Assembly: GCA_002713205.1 (NCBI GenBank)
Contig: PAVW01000013.1
Span: forward strand, 30,001 to 62,000
DNA from: Nitrososphaerota archaeon
GTDB taxonomy: Archaea > Thermoproteota > Nitrososphaeria > Nitrososphaerales > UBA57
Reading direction: 5' to 3'
DNA length: 32,000 nt
Numbering within the stretch: the stretch's first letter is position 1; each line of letters starts with the position of its first letter. The notes beneath the pieces are model-generated. The model searched no databases, was not told where the DNA came from, and saw only the letters and a list, made by a program, of their open reading frames with translations. The position numbers and the translations under genes were made by a program. Positions 6,883 to 15,927 of the stretch are shown in pieces.

Positions 6883-7787
6883 GTTTCTGTTAAAATTACG
6901 GCGCCATCTTCAGTAGGCGTTATAGTATGTTCAAATTGTGCTACTATTGCATTAGTAGCTTCAATCAGGTCAGGATACACGCGGAAAATTTTACGTGCAA
7001 CTAATTTATTTAATATTTCATTTAGTTCTTCTTTAGAGTAATTGTCTAAATACCAACGAGGAGAGAAAGGCAATGTATTTCGTGTTTTCCAGATTGTGTC
7101 AGTGAAATTATCCAATTTTTTATCACCTGTATGTTTTCTTCTAATCAACATGTATATTGTCTTTGTAGTTCCGTCAACTACATAACCGGCTGCATTTTTT
7201 AATGTGAGAAAAGGTTCTATTGCATAAACATGTCCAATATTGAGGTTACTTCCAAATGGAGTAGAAATATTAGGGATTGAAATCCCTGCATGTATTTTAA
7301 ACCTTTCAATAGAATGTCCAGAAAGATTAGAAATAGGTTTAAAGCCATATTTATGAGCTGTTTCTTCAATTATTTTACCAATAGTTGCTGAAGAAGTTCT
7401 ATGTTTTACATTTTTTATTGCCTCGTAAAGAACTTTTTCGGTAGCTAAAGTTAATTCATAATAATCAGGATTATAAGATATTGTAACTGCTGTGTCTGCT
7501 ACAAATCCATCAATGTGAGCACCCAAATCCAGTTTTATTACGGAATTATCGGTTATTACACGATCCTCAAATAATTCACCACTATAATGTGCTGTTACAT
7601 CATTTATCGAAACACCGCAAGGAAAACCAGGTTCGGCACCAAGTTTTCTAATCATATCTTCAACTTCAGTACATACCTGCGTAACAGTCATACCAATAAG
7701 ATTTCTTCGTTTGAATTCATCTCGAACTTTTGCTGTTATATTACCTGCTTTAACGAATTTTGGATCAATTTCAAGCGCCGTATTCAT
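6879..7787 (-). CDS. map: Methionine aminopeptidase, type 2 (archaeal)
   Basis: Metal-ligand and pita-bread fold motifs are present: FPCGVSINDVTAHYSG, DLGAHIDGFVADTAVT, SGHSIERFKIHAGISIPN, YAIEPFLT, AQFEHTI. 302 aa, ATG start. Confidence 0.95.
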   Translation of the reverse strand: MNTALEIDPKFVKAGNITAKVRDEFKRRNLIGMTVTQVCTEVEDMIRKLGAEPGFPCGVSINDVTAHYSGELFEDRVITDNSVIKLDLGAHIDGFVADTAVTISYNPDYYELTLATEKVLYEAIKNVKHRTSSATIGKIIEETAHKYGFKPISNLSGHSIERFKIHAGISIPNISTPFGSNLNIGHVYAIEPFLTLKNAAGYVVDGTTKTIYMLIRRKHTGDKKLDNFTDTIWKTRNTLPFSPRWYLDNYSKEELNEILNKLVARKIFRVYPDLIEATNAIVAQFEHTITPTEDGAVILTET

Positions 7788-7883
7788 TAATTCAACGTTA
7801 GTATTCTAACTAATAAAAAAATATCAATTAATTCACATTTATATTGGTTAAATCTAAATTTAAGAGACTTATAGTAAATATAA

Positions 7884-8360
7884 ATGAAAAAATATGCTCG
7901 AATTGCAGTAGGTGGAACATTTGATATATTGCACAAAGGGCATGAAAAGCTGATAAATGAGACATTTAAATTAGCAGATGAAGTATTTGTAGGATTAACT
8001 TCAGATAAATTTGCAGAGAAACTTGATAAACAATTAATAAATTCTTATTCTAAAAGAAGTAATAAATTAGAAAATTATATTCGAGATAATTTTTCCAATT
8101 CGAGTTACAAAATATTTGAATTAAGTGATTATTTTGGACCGGCAATTTTTTATGAAAATCTTGATGCTTTAATTGTCACTGTAGAAAATCAACATAGAAT
8201 AAATGAAGTGAATGAAGAAAGGGGAAAAAGAGGAATGCCTCTACTAAAAGCAGAGGTTATTGAATTAGTAAGAGCTGATGATGGCAAACCAATATCAACA
8301 ACTAGAATAAAGCGTCTAGAAATAGACAATCAGGGAAATTTATTGAAAAAAACAAGTTAA
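7884..8360 (+). CDS. coaD: Phosphopantetheine adenylyltransferase, archaeal type (cytidylyltransferase fold)
   Basis: The nucleotidyltransferase signature VGGTFDILHKGHEKLI is followed by VGLTSDKFA, DYFGP, and ...DGKPISTTRIKR, typical of archaeal PPAT (COG1019-like). 158 aa. Confidence 0.8.
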   Translation: MKKYARIAVGGTFDILHKGHEKLINETFKLADEVFVGLTSDKFAEKLDKQLINSYSKRSNKLENYIRDNFSNSSYKIFELSDYFGPAIFYENLDALIVTVENQHRINEVNEERGKRGMPLLKAEVIELVRADDGKPISTTRIKRLEIDNQGNLLKKTS

Positions 8361-8402
8361 AAAACACCTATATTATATTAAGGAATGAAAACCGATAATT
8401 GA

Positions 8403-9530
8403 GTGATAAATTTGGCTGAATATTCTGTTACGCCATGGGAAGTCAAGGGAGATTTAGATTATGACAAATTAGTAAGAGATTTTGGAACTTCATATATTGA
8501 TGATGAATTACGTACTAGAATTAAAAATCACACAGGTGAACTACACTTCATGTTAAGAAGAAATGTGTTTTTCAGTCATAGAGATTTGGGATGGATTCTG
8601 GATAGATTTGAACATGGCGAAAATTTTTTCCTATATACAGGAAGAGGGCCATCAGGAAATACTCATCTGGGTCATTTGTTACCATGGATATTTACACAAT
8701 ATCTTCAAGAGAAATTCGGCGCAGAATTATATTTTCAGATTACAGATGATGAAAAATTCTTACATGATCGTAAATTAAGTCGTAAACAAGTTACTGAATT
8801 TACTCATGAAAACATATTAGATATAATAGCATTAGGGTTTGATCCAAAAAAAACATTCGTATTTTCAGATACAGATTATATTAAAACACTCTATCCAATT
8901 TCAATAGATATTGCTAAACATATTACATTTTCTACAGCAAAATCAGTTTTTGGTTTTAAAAATAGTTCTAATATAGGAATGATATTCTTTCCTGCATTAC
9001 AAGCGGCAACATGTTTTTTGCCATCTATTTTACAGAAAAAAAACATACCATGTTTAATTCCTGCTGCAATAGATCAAGATGACTACTGGAGAGGAATAGC
9101 TCGCGACATTGCACCCAAGTTAGGATATTACAAACCTGCTCAAATTCATTCAAAGTTCTTGCCAAGTTTGCAAAAAGGAGGAAAAATGAGTGCCTCATCA
9201 CCAGAAACTGCTATTTTTACTACAGATGAGTTAGAAATTGCGGAAAAGAAAATAAAGAATGCATTTACTGGAGGTAGAGATACATTAAAAGAACATAGAA
9301 AATATGGAGGAAATCCTGATATTGATAGTGCATTTCAATATCTAAAAATGCTAATCGAAGAAGATGATAAGAAACTTTCAGAAATAGAACAAGAATACAG
9401 GTCTGGAAATCTTTTGTCAGGAGAATTGAAGGAAATAGCTGCAGAAAAAGTTAAAACATTCTTAAAAGAACATCAAAGAAAAAGAATGCAAGCTGAAAAG
9501 ATATTCGATAAATTTATTTTGAGAGATTAG
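8403..9530 (+). CDS. trpS: Tryptophanyl-tRNA synthetase (archaeal/eukaryotic type)
   Basis: N-terminal VTPWEVKGDLDYDKLVRDFG, a class I HIGH-like motif (PSGNTHLGHLLP) and a KMSKS-like motif (KMSASSP). 375 aa. GTG start at 8403 directly after an in-frame TGA. Confidence 0.9.
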   Translation: MINLAEYSVTPWEVKGDLDYDKLVRDFGTSYIDDELRTRIKNHTGELHFMLRRNVFFSHRDLGWILDRFEHGENFFLYTGRGPSGNTHLGHLLPWIFTQYLQEKFGAELYFQITDDEKFLHDRKLSRKQVTEFTHENILDIIALGFDPKKTFVFSDTDYIKTLYPISIDIAKHITFSTAKSVFGFKNSSNIGMIFFPALQAATCFLPSILQKKNIPCLIPAAIDQDDYWRGIARDIAPKLGYYKPAQIHSKFLPSLQKGGKMSASSPETAIFTTDELEIAEKKIKNAFTGGRDTLKEHRKYGGNPDIDSAFQYLKMLIEEDDKKLSEIEQEYRSGNLLSGELKEIAAEKVKTFLKEHQRKRMQAEKIFDKFILRD

Positions 9531-9536
9531 ATTAAA

Positions 9537-11057
9537 ATGAGCGAATTAAATCCTGATTCACTACATGTGCTAGAAAAGAAGGTGCTAGTGTATCTTCGAG
9601 AAAATAGAGAGGCAGAATTAAAGAAAATTTCTGCTGAAGTAAATTTAACTTTAGATCAAGTTAGAAGATCAATTGAATGGCTTAAAGAAAAGAATTTAAT
9701 AAAAATAGATATAACCCAAAAAAGAACAATTTCTCTGGATAAAGAAGGAATAAAAGCTGTAAAACAAGGATTGCCAGAAAGACAACTGATTAAGAAATTA
9801 GAACAGTTAGGTGGAAAAAGTGAATTAAGGATACTATCTCATGAATTGAAATTATCTATAAATGAAATTTCTGCAGCTTTAGGTTATGCTAAAGCAGCAA
9901 AATGGATCAATGTTAAAAAAGAAAATCAACAAGTAATGATACACAAGAACAATGAAACTAAACTTTCTGAATTAGAAAAGTTATTATCAAAAATGAAAAA
10001 TTCTATGGATTTATCATCTTTTTCGAAAGAGGATATTGTCTTATTAAAACAACTGAGCAGAAGGGCAAACTACATAACAGAAACTACCATGAAAAATTAC
10101 AATATATTATTAACAGAAAAAGGGTTAAAAGTTGCCAATAAAACGAAGATTGATAATGCTTTAGAATCTCTAACTCCGAAGCTATTGGAAACTGGTACAT
10201 GGCGTGAAAGGAGTTTCAGGCCATTAAATGTAGAAGCACCTGCACCTCCAATTTATTCAGGTAGAAAGCACCCAGTACAAAGATTTATTGATGAAGTTAG
10301 GGAAATTTTTGTATCTTTAGGGTTTGAGGAAATTGAGGGGCCGGTTATTCAGTCTTGTTTTTGGAATTTTGATGCCCTTTTCACGCCTCAAGATCATCCA
10401 GCACGTGAAATACAAGACACATTTTATATTAAAGATGGTATTTCTAGCGAATCAAATTCAGAAAAACTAAGTAACAATATAGCAAACGTACATGAAAGTG
10501 GAGGAAAAACAGGATCAAAAGGATGGGGTTATAAATGGAATCCTAAATTAGCAAATAAATTAGTAATGAGAACACATACAACATCGGTAACTGTTAAGCA
10601 TCTAGCAGACAATATTCCAAAAGAAGCAAGAGTATTTTCAATAGGTCGTGTATTTCGGAATGAAAAAGTTACCTTTAAGAATTTAGTTGAATTTCATCAA
10701 ATAGAAGGAATAGTAGTTGGTAAGGAAGTAACATTAAGAGATCTAATGGGTTTACTAACTAAGTTCTATCACAAACTAGGGCTTAAAAAGGTAAAATTTT
10801 GGCCATCCTTCTTTCCTTACACTGAACCTTCGTTACAATCTATGGTGTATCATGAGGGTTTATCGAAATGGATAGAACTTTGTGGAATGGGAATATTTAG
10901 ACCTGAAGTGACATTACCTCTTGGAGTAAATAATCCAGTATTAGCTTGGGGTGGCGGCCTTGAAAGACTTGTAATGTTAAAGTATGGAATAGATGATGTT
11001 AGAAAATTATATGAAAATGATCTTGATTGGTTAAGGAGAACTGCATTATGCCCGTAG
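9537..11057 (+). CDS. pheS: Phenylalanyl-tRNA synthetase alpha subunit
   Basis: Class II core motifs are present: FDALFTPQDHPARE, MRTHTTSVT, FSIGRVFRNE, FHQIEG, FFPYTEPS, AWGGGLERL. The archaeal-type N-terminal winged-helix repeats are also present. 506 aa. Confidence 0.95.
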   Translation: MSELNPDSLHVLEKKVLVYLRENREAELKKISAEVNLTLDQVRRSIEWLKEKNLIKIDITQKRTISLDKEGIKAVKQGLPERQLIKKLEQLGGKSELRILSHELKLSINEISAALGYAKAAKWINVKKENQQVMIHKNNETKLSELEKLLSKMKNSMDLSSFSKEDIVLLKQLSRRANYITETTMKNYNILLTEKGLKVANKTKIDNALESLTPKLLETGTWRERSFRPLNVEAPAPPIYSGRKHPVQRFIDEVREIFVSLGFEEIEGPVIQSCFWNFDALFTPQDHPAREIQDTFYIKDGISSESNSEKLSNNIANVHESGGKTGSKGWGYKWNPKLANKLVMRTHTTSVTVKHLADNIPKEARVFSIGRVFRNEKVTFKNLVEFHQIEGIVVGKEVTLRDLMGLLTKFYHKLGLKKVKFWPSFFPYTEPSLQSMVYHEGLSKWIELCGMGIFRPEVTLPLGVNNPVLAWGGGLERLVMLKYGIDDVRKLYENDLDWLRRTALCP

Positions 11058-12700
11058 TAACAGTATATTTTGAAAGACTACTTTCAATGTTAAATGGAAA
11101 TATTTCAAGAGAGGAACTAATTGATAAAATTCCATATCTAAGCTTAGATATTGAAGAAATTACTGATGATTATATAAGAATTGAATACAATCCAAATAGA
11201 CCTGATTTTTCGACTGATTATGGTCTTGCAAGAGCATTAAATAGCTTTCTTCAATTTGAATCAAAATTTGATTCATATAATGTAAAGGAAAGTAATGTAT
11301 CAGTAACTGTAGACAAATCAACTAGTAAAGTCAGGCCGTATATTGTTGCAGCATTAGTTAAAAACATCAATCTAGATGATGAATCCATAAGGCAAATAAT
11401 TAACATGCAAGAAGATCTTCATAACGGAATAGGAAGAAAAAGAAGAAAAATCTCGATAGGAATTCATAATTTTGATGTTATTAAACCTCCAATTTATTAT
11501 AAAACGGTTAGTGAAAATTTTTCATTTGTTACATTAAATAATGCGAAATCGTCAACAATTCGGGAAATATTAGACAATACTGATGTAGGCAAGTCATATG
11601 GTCATATAATATCAGGAAATTCAATTTACCCAATTCTTGTCGATTCAGCAGATGGGGTTTTATCATTTCCACCGATAATTAACGGTGATTTAACTAGATT
11701 AACAAATGAAACCAGTAATCTTTTTATTGATATAACAGGAACCGACTTTAATGCGGTGAATAATGCACTTTCTGTATTATTTACTACGTTAGCAGATGCA
11801 GGAGGTCAAGTGTATTCTGTTAAAGTGAATTATAGTGATCAAGTTTTTGTTACACCCAAAATCAATCCAAGTAAATTACCTCTTGATCTGTCATATGCAA
11901 CATCATTGTTAGGACTTGAAATAAGCGAAAAAGAAGCTGTTAATTACTTGCAAAGATGTAGGATGAATTCTATAATTGAAAATAATATAGTTATGGTAGA
12001 ACCACCTCCGTATAGATTTGATTTAATTCATCCTGTAGATTTAGTTGAAGAAATCGCAATCGGATATGGAGTTGACAATATCACACCGACTGTACCTAGT
12101 ACTGATCTAGCAGGTAAGCCAAATAGTAAACAACGAATAATTTCAGCGGTTAAAGAAGTTTTAATCGGTTTAGGTTTGATAGAAATAATGACATATGGAT
12201 TAATTAGCAACGATAATTTAATGAAATCAAATATGGAAGATGAACAGATCAAAGTAATTGAAACAAAGAGTATTGAGCATGAAATATTAAAAAAATCAAA
12301 TATTCCTTCAATTCTTTATACGTTATCTCGTAATATACATAATTCCTACCCACAAAGAATTTTTGAAGTGGCAAAAATATTCAAGAAGTCAGAATCATTA
12401 ATTATTGAACCATATCACGTTACAGTGGCTTTAGCACACGCTGAAGTTAATTTTACTGAAGGGAAATCTTTTCTAACTGCTCTGGGACGACAGTTATTTA
12501 ATCGTCAATTTACAACAAGGAGAATAAATAATGCAGTGTTTTTGAATGGTAGATCTGCTGAGATACTTGATTCTGATAAGACAAACATTGGAGTGGTTGG
12601 GGAAGTTCATCCAAAGGTTTTAGAAAATTTTTCTATCAGAACACCGGTAGTATTATTTGATATCAACTTAGAGAAATTAATCAAGTCAGAAATTACTTAA
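11048..12700 (+). CDS. pheT: Phenylalanyl-tRNA synthetase beta subunit
   Basis: Archaeal PheT features are present: MPVVTVYF...EYNPNRPD (B3/4 region) and PPYRFDLIHPVDLVEEIAIGYG (B5 region). I prefer the ATG at 11048, preceded by aaggag, over the tracked TTG at 11027. It overlaps the pheS stop by 10 nt. Confidence 0.93.
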   Translation: MPVVTVYFERLLSMLNGNISREELIDKIPYLSLDIEEITDDYIRIEYNPNRPDFSTDYGLARALNSFLQFESKFDSYNVKESNVSVTVDKSTSKVRPYIVAALVKNINLDDESIRQIINMQEDLHNGIGRKRRKISIGIHNFDVIKPPIYYKTVSENFSFVTLNNAKSSTIREILDNTDVGKSYGHIISGNSIYPILVDSADGVLSFPPIINGDLTRLTNETSNLFIDITGTDFNAVNNALSVLFTTLADAGGQVYSVKVNYSDQVFVTPKINPSKLPLDLSYATSLLGLEISEKEAVNYLQRCRMNSIIENNIVMVEPPPYRFDLIHPVDLVEEIAIGYGVDNITPTVPSTDLAGKPNSKQRIISAVKEVLIGLGLIEIMTYGLISNDNLMKSNMEDEQIKVIETKSIEHEILKKSNIPSILYTLSRNIHNSYPQRIFEVAKIFKKSESLIIEPYHVTVALAHAEVNFTEGKSFLTALGRQLFNRQFTTRRINNAVFLNGRSAEILDSDKTNIGVVGEVHPKVLENFSIRTPVVLFDINLEKLIKSEIT

Positions 12701-13296
12701 GAATCCCTGATAGAAATTCGTTTCACGATCACTTTATCATTTGGATTATCAAGATTATCTCTAGGGACATTAACTATTTTATCAGCGACATCCATACCTT
12801 CAACTACCTTGCCAAAAACCGTATATTGCTTATCAAGAAATGGAGAATCAGAAACAACAATGAAAAACTGAGAACCAGCACTATTCGGATCATTAGTTCT
12901 TGCCATTGAAACTATTCCTCGTACATGACTGATATCATTAAATTCAGCATTTATTGTATAACCTGGACCGCCTTGACCATGACTGCTTCTGTCATCACTT
13001 TTAGTATTAGGGTCGCCACCCTGAATCATAAATCCAGGAATTACACGATGAAAGGTTGTGCCGTTATAAAATCCATCATTTGCGAGTTTAATGAAATTCT
13101 CAACATGCCCTGGTGATTTATCAGGAAAGAGCTCAATCACTATATTGCCAAAATCAGTCTCAATAACAGCTACTGTGCTCATTGTATTAACTGAGTCAGA
13201 GTCATTATTAAATGCAAAAAAGTATACAGCGCCAATTAGAACTAGCAAAGCAATAAATCCGCCTATCATTTGTGTTCTGTTATTACCACTAGACAT
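12697..13296 (-). CDS. Peptidyl-prolyl cis-trans isomerase, cyclophilin type, with an N-terminal membrane anchor
   Basis: The cyclophilin core is present: FHRVIPGFMIQGGDP...GIVSMARTNDPNSAGSQFFIV...YTVFGKVVEGMDV. The N-terminal helix is IGGFIALLVLIGAVYFFAF. I prefer the ATG at 13296 (MSSGNNRTQM...). The tracked ORF extends to 13359 through an AT-rich, non-conserved stretch. Confidence 0.88.
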   Translation of the reverse strand: MSSGNNRTQMIGGFIALLVLIGAVYFFAFNNDSDSVNTMSTVAVIETDFGNIVIELFPDKSPGHVENFIKLANDGFYNGTTFHRVIPGFMIQGGDPNTKSDDRSSHGQGGPGYTINAEFNDISHVRGIVSMARTNDPNSAGSQFFIVVSDSPFLDKQYTVFGKVVEGMDVADKIVNVPRDNLDNPNDKVIVKRISIRDS

Positions 13297-13382
13297 AAAG
13301 TAAGGAAAGACACGATTGTTATTTATTTCTTTAAAAATACATAAATTAGAAAAACGCACTATATAATTTGACTGTATTAAGC

Positions 13383-13545
13383 ACTGAGACGGCCGATTAC
13401 GAGTTAAGTATAAACATTATACATCGATGATTAGTTGGCCACCCAGCAGTGTTACAGGTCACAAAAACCCCGATTTAAGAAGGCCTATCAAGTTAAGCTA
13501 ATTTAGCGAAACGATGAGATATTTCTGTCAGAGGCGGGGTACAAT
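13383..13545. ncRNA. Candidate structured RNA of unknown class in a G+C-elevated intergenic island; strand and ends unknown
   Basis: My hand count gives ~43% G+C over 13381-13540, inside a 280-340 bp divergent spacer. Other spacers here are far more AT-rich. Possible helices are ACCCCG (13467-13472)/CGGGGU (13535-13540), GUAUA/UAUAC, and GCUA-AUU-UAGC. No match to tRNA, box C/D, RNase P or SRP motifs. Confidence 0.25.
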
Positions 13546-13639
13546 CAATAATTTATAATCAGATTAAATAATTGACAATAAATTAATTTTTTAATTATTG
13601 AAGTTATATAAATAAGTAAATGAATTTTATAATGAAATC

Positions 13640-14491
13640 TTGAATCGAGATGAATTATCCAGAGCATTAGAATTACGTTCAAAGGATTATAAAGAAAGAT
13701 TAGATGATAAATGGGAAAAAGTTCTTGAGAGTCACAAGTGGTCAAGTTTTTATGAACCGTTAAGATATGCAACTAAAGACGGTAAAAGAATTCGACCTTT
13801 GATTCTTATGTTAGCTGGTGAAAGTGTAGGAATTCCTGGAGGTAAAACTGACTTAGCTGCTGTAGCGGTAGAATTATTGCATACGGAATCAATAATTCAT
13901 GATGACATAATAGATAACCAAATACAAAGACGAAACAAGGATTCGTTTCATCTTCGATATGGTAATCATACAGCCTTATTAACTGCTGATTTTGTTTTTG
14001 GTATTATTCTCGAAATAGCATCACGATATAATGATCCACGTATAGCAAAAGAACTATCTTTAGCTGCATTAAAAATGTGTGAAGGGCAACAGAAGGAATT
14101 AAATGTTAATTCTAGAAGAATCCAATGGATAGAATATCTCACTGTAATTAGTCAAAAGACAGCATCACTATTTCAAACATCTTCAAAGTTAGGTGCTATT
14201 ATTGGTGGTGGAAATGAAAGCGAGATTAATGCATTAGCGAATTATGGCCTAAATTTAGGCATAGCATACCAAATCCATGATGATATACTTGATTGGGAAG
14301 AAGATGATAAATTTTTAGAATCAACACAAGATAAAAGGATACAAGAAAACATTGTAAGTTTAAAAAAACTCAGAGAGCACAGCACATTATACTCAGAAAA
14401 TGCAAAAAGACAATTAGATAAAATTAAAGAATCAGATTATAAAGAATTTTTATATTATCTGGCTGATTTTACAGTTAAACGAGATTATTGA
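13640..14491 (+). CDS. Polyprenyl diphosphate synthase (geranylgeranyl diphosphate synthase-like, trans-IPPS)
   Basis: The first Asp-rich motif is LLHTESIIHDDIID and the second is YQIHDDILD, with GKRIRP upstream. TTG start at 13640. The in-frame stop at 13613 and the absence of an upstream ATG/GTG force a non-ATG start. Confidence 0.9.
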   Translation: MNRDELSRALELRSKDYKERLDDKWEKVLESHKWSSFYEPLRYATKDGKRIRPLILMLAGESVGIPGGKTDLAAVAVELLHTESIIHDDIIDNQIQRRNKDSFHLRYGNHTALLTADFVFGIILEIASRYNDPRIAKELSLAALKMCEGQQKELNVNSRRIQWIEYLTVISQKTASLFQTSSKLGAIIGGGNESEINALANYGLNLGIAYQIHDDILDWEEDDKFLESTQDKRIQENIVSLKKLREHSTLYSENAKRQLDKIKESDYKEFLYYLADFTVKRDY

Positions 14492-15927
14492 TTAAAAAAA
14501 GAATTTGTGATTTCTTGTGACAAGTCATAAATCAAATTCGGAAACAAACCTGTTATTATAATAACTATTGTAGCAAATAACAGAACAGATTTGAATGACA
14601 TAGGTTCTATTATATTACTGACAGTCTTTGGTTCGTCCATATACATTCTTTTTATTACAAGAAGGTAGTAAGCAACAGAAATTGCACTATTAATCAAACC
14701 AATAAAAGCTAACCAAGCATAACCCCCATCAACAGCAGCACCGAATAATACTAATTTACTCCAAAATCCGTTCAAAGGAGGAATACCAGCAAGGCCCAAT
14801 AAAGAAATTGCTAAGCAAAATGAAGTTATTGGCATTATTTTAGAAAGACCTTGATAGGATGTTAGATCAGTACTAGAAGTTTTTAATCGAACTAAAGCGG
14901 CTGCAATAAAAGCAGTGGCTTGTAATATAGCATGATTTAAAGAATGATATAATAAACCGATCAAGCCCAAATCAGAATATGGTAGAACTACTAAACCTAT
15001 CAACAAATAACCTGCTTGAGCTATACTAGAATATGCCAGAAGTCTGGTTATTGATTTTTGAGTTAAAGCTGCTAAATTACCTAAACTCATTGTAATTACA
15101 GCTACTATAGCAAGTGCAAATGACAAATCAAAGGAGAATAAAGGGAAAATAACAGCGAATATTCTTATAGCAGCTGCAAAACCAGCTTTCTTAGTAGCTG
15201 CAGAGAGTAAGGCACTGATTGGAGTGGGTGAACCTTGGTATGTATCAGGAATCCACATATGAAATGGCACGATTGATAATTTTAATCCAAGACCAGCTAG
15301 CAATGCTATAGTTGCAAACATAACCAATGGAATTAGATTCGAATTGAGACTTGCAAGATTATCTGCTATTACATATAAATTGGTAGAACCAACTAAACCG
15401 AAAATTAATGAAATGCCATAAAGTAAAATTCCTGATGAAAGTGCTCCAAGAACGAAGAATTTTACTGCGCCTTCATTTGATAGCTTATCTTGTTTATTAA
15501 AACCAGCCAGAATAAATGTTGGAAGGCTCATTAGTTCCCAAGCAACAAATATTAGAAGTAAATCTATTGCAAATGAAAGGAGCAACATTCCAATGGATGT
15601 GAAAAGTAGCAGAGAATAATAAATTGCTTCATTACTATGATCTTTTACATAATCAAAGGATGAAATTACTACAAAAAGTGAAACTAGTATCACAATGAAA
15701 CCAAAAAAGGAACCTAAAAGATCAGTTCGAAGTAAATGCGGTAATGTTGATTCTTGTGAAATTAAACCAATTAATGAACCAAAGAGCAATAATAAAGAAA
15801 TTGATAGAGAAATAGCAGTCAAATACCTGATATAACTTATGCCTTTTTTACCGAATAGAATATGTATAATCGGTATAGAAAGTGCAGTAATTGATAATAA
15901 AACTAGTAAAATAATTGGAATATTCAA
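14485..15927 (-). CDS. nuoN: NADH-quinone oxidoreductase (complex I-like) subunit N
   Basis: A 480-aa polytopic antiporter-like protein. LLIFVAWELMSLPTFILAGF is the NuoN/ND2-type motif. It is the last gene of the nuo operon. The TTG start directly follows the nuoM TAA. Confidence 0.9.
   Translation of the reverse strand: MNIPIILLVLLSITALSIPIIHILFGKKGISYIRYLTAISLSISLLLLFGSLIGLISQESTLPHLLRTDLLGSFFGFIVILVSLFVVISSFDYVKDHSNEAIYYSLLLFTSIGMLLLSFAIDLLLIFVAWELMSLPTFILAGFNKQDKLSNEGAVKFFVLGALSSGILLYGISLIFGLVGSTNLYVIADNLASLNSNLIPLVMFATIALLAGLGLKLSIVPFHMWIPDTYQGSPTPISALLSAATKKAGFAAAIRIFAVIFPLFSFDLSFALAIVAVITMSLGNLAALTQKSITRLLAYSSIAQAGYLLIGLVVLPYSDLGLIGLLYHSLNHAILQATAFIAAALVRLKTSSTDLTSYQGLSKIMPITSFCLAISLLGLAGIPPLNGFWSKLVLFGAAVDGGYAWLAFIGLINSAISVAYYLLVIKRMYMDEPKTVSNIIEPMSFKSVLLFATIVIIITGLFPNLIYDLSQEITNSFFNQ

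Noticed and set aside
4189-9530. The tRNA-Trp gene lies only ~4 kb from trpS, which could suggest functional clustering.
   Set aside because: The two are on opposite strands and separated by six unrelated genes. The proximity is most simply coincidence.
13461-13477. ACAAAAACCCCGAUUUA in the G+C-rich spacer resembles the RNase P RNA CR-V motif (ACAGAAnCCGGCUUA).
   Set aside because: There is no CR-I partner (GAGGAAAGUCC-like) upstream on the same strand. The complementary CGGGGU lies 3' rather than 5'. The island (~160 nt) is too short for an archaeal RNase P RNA.
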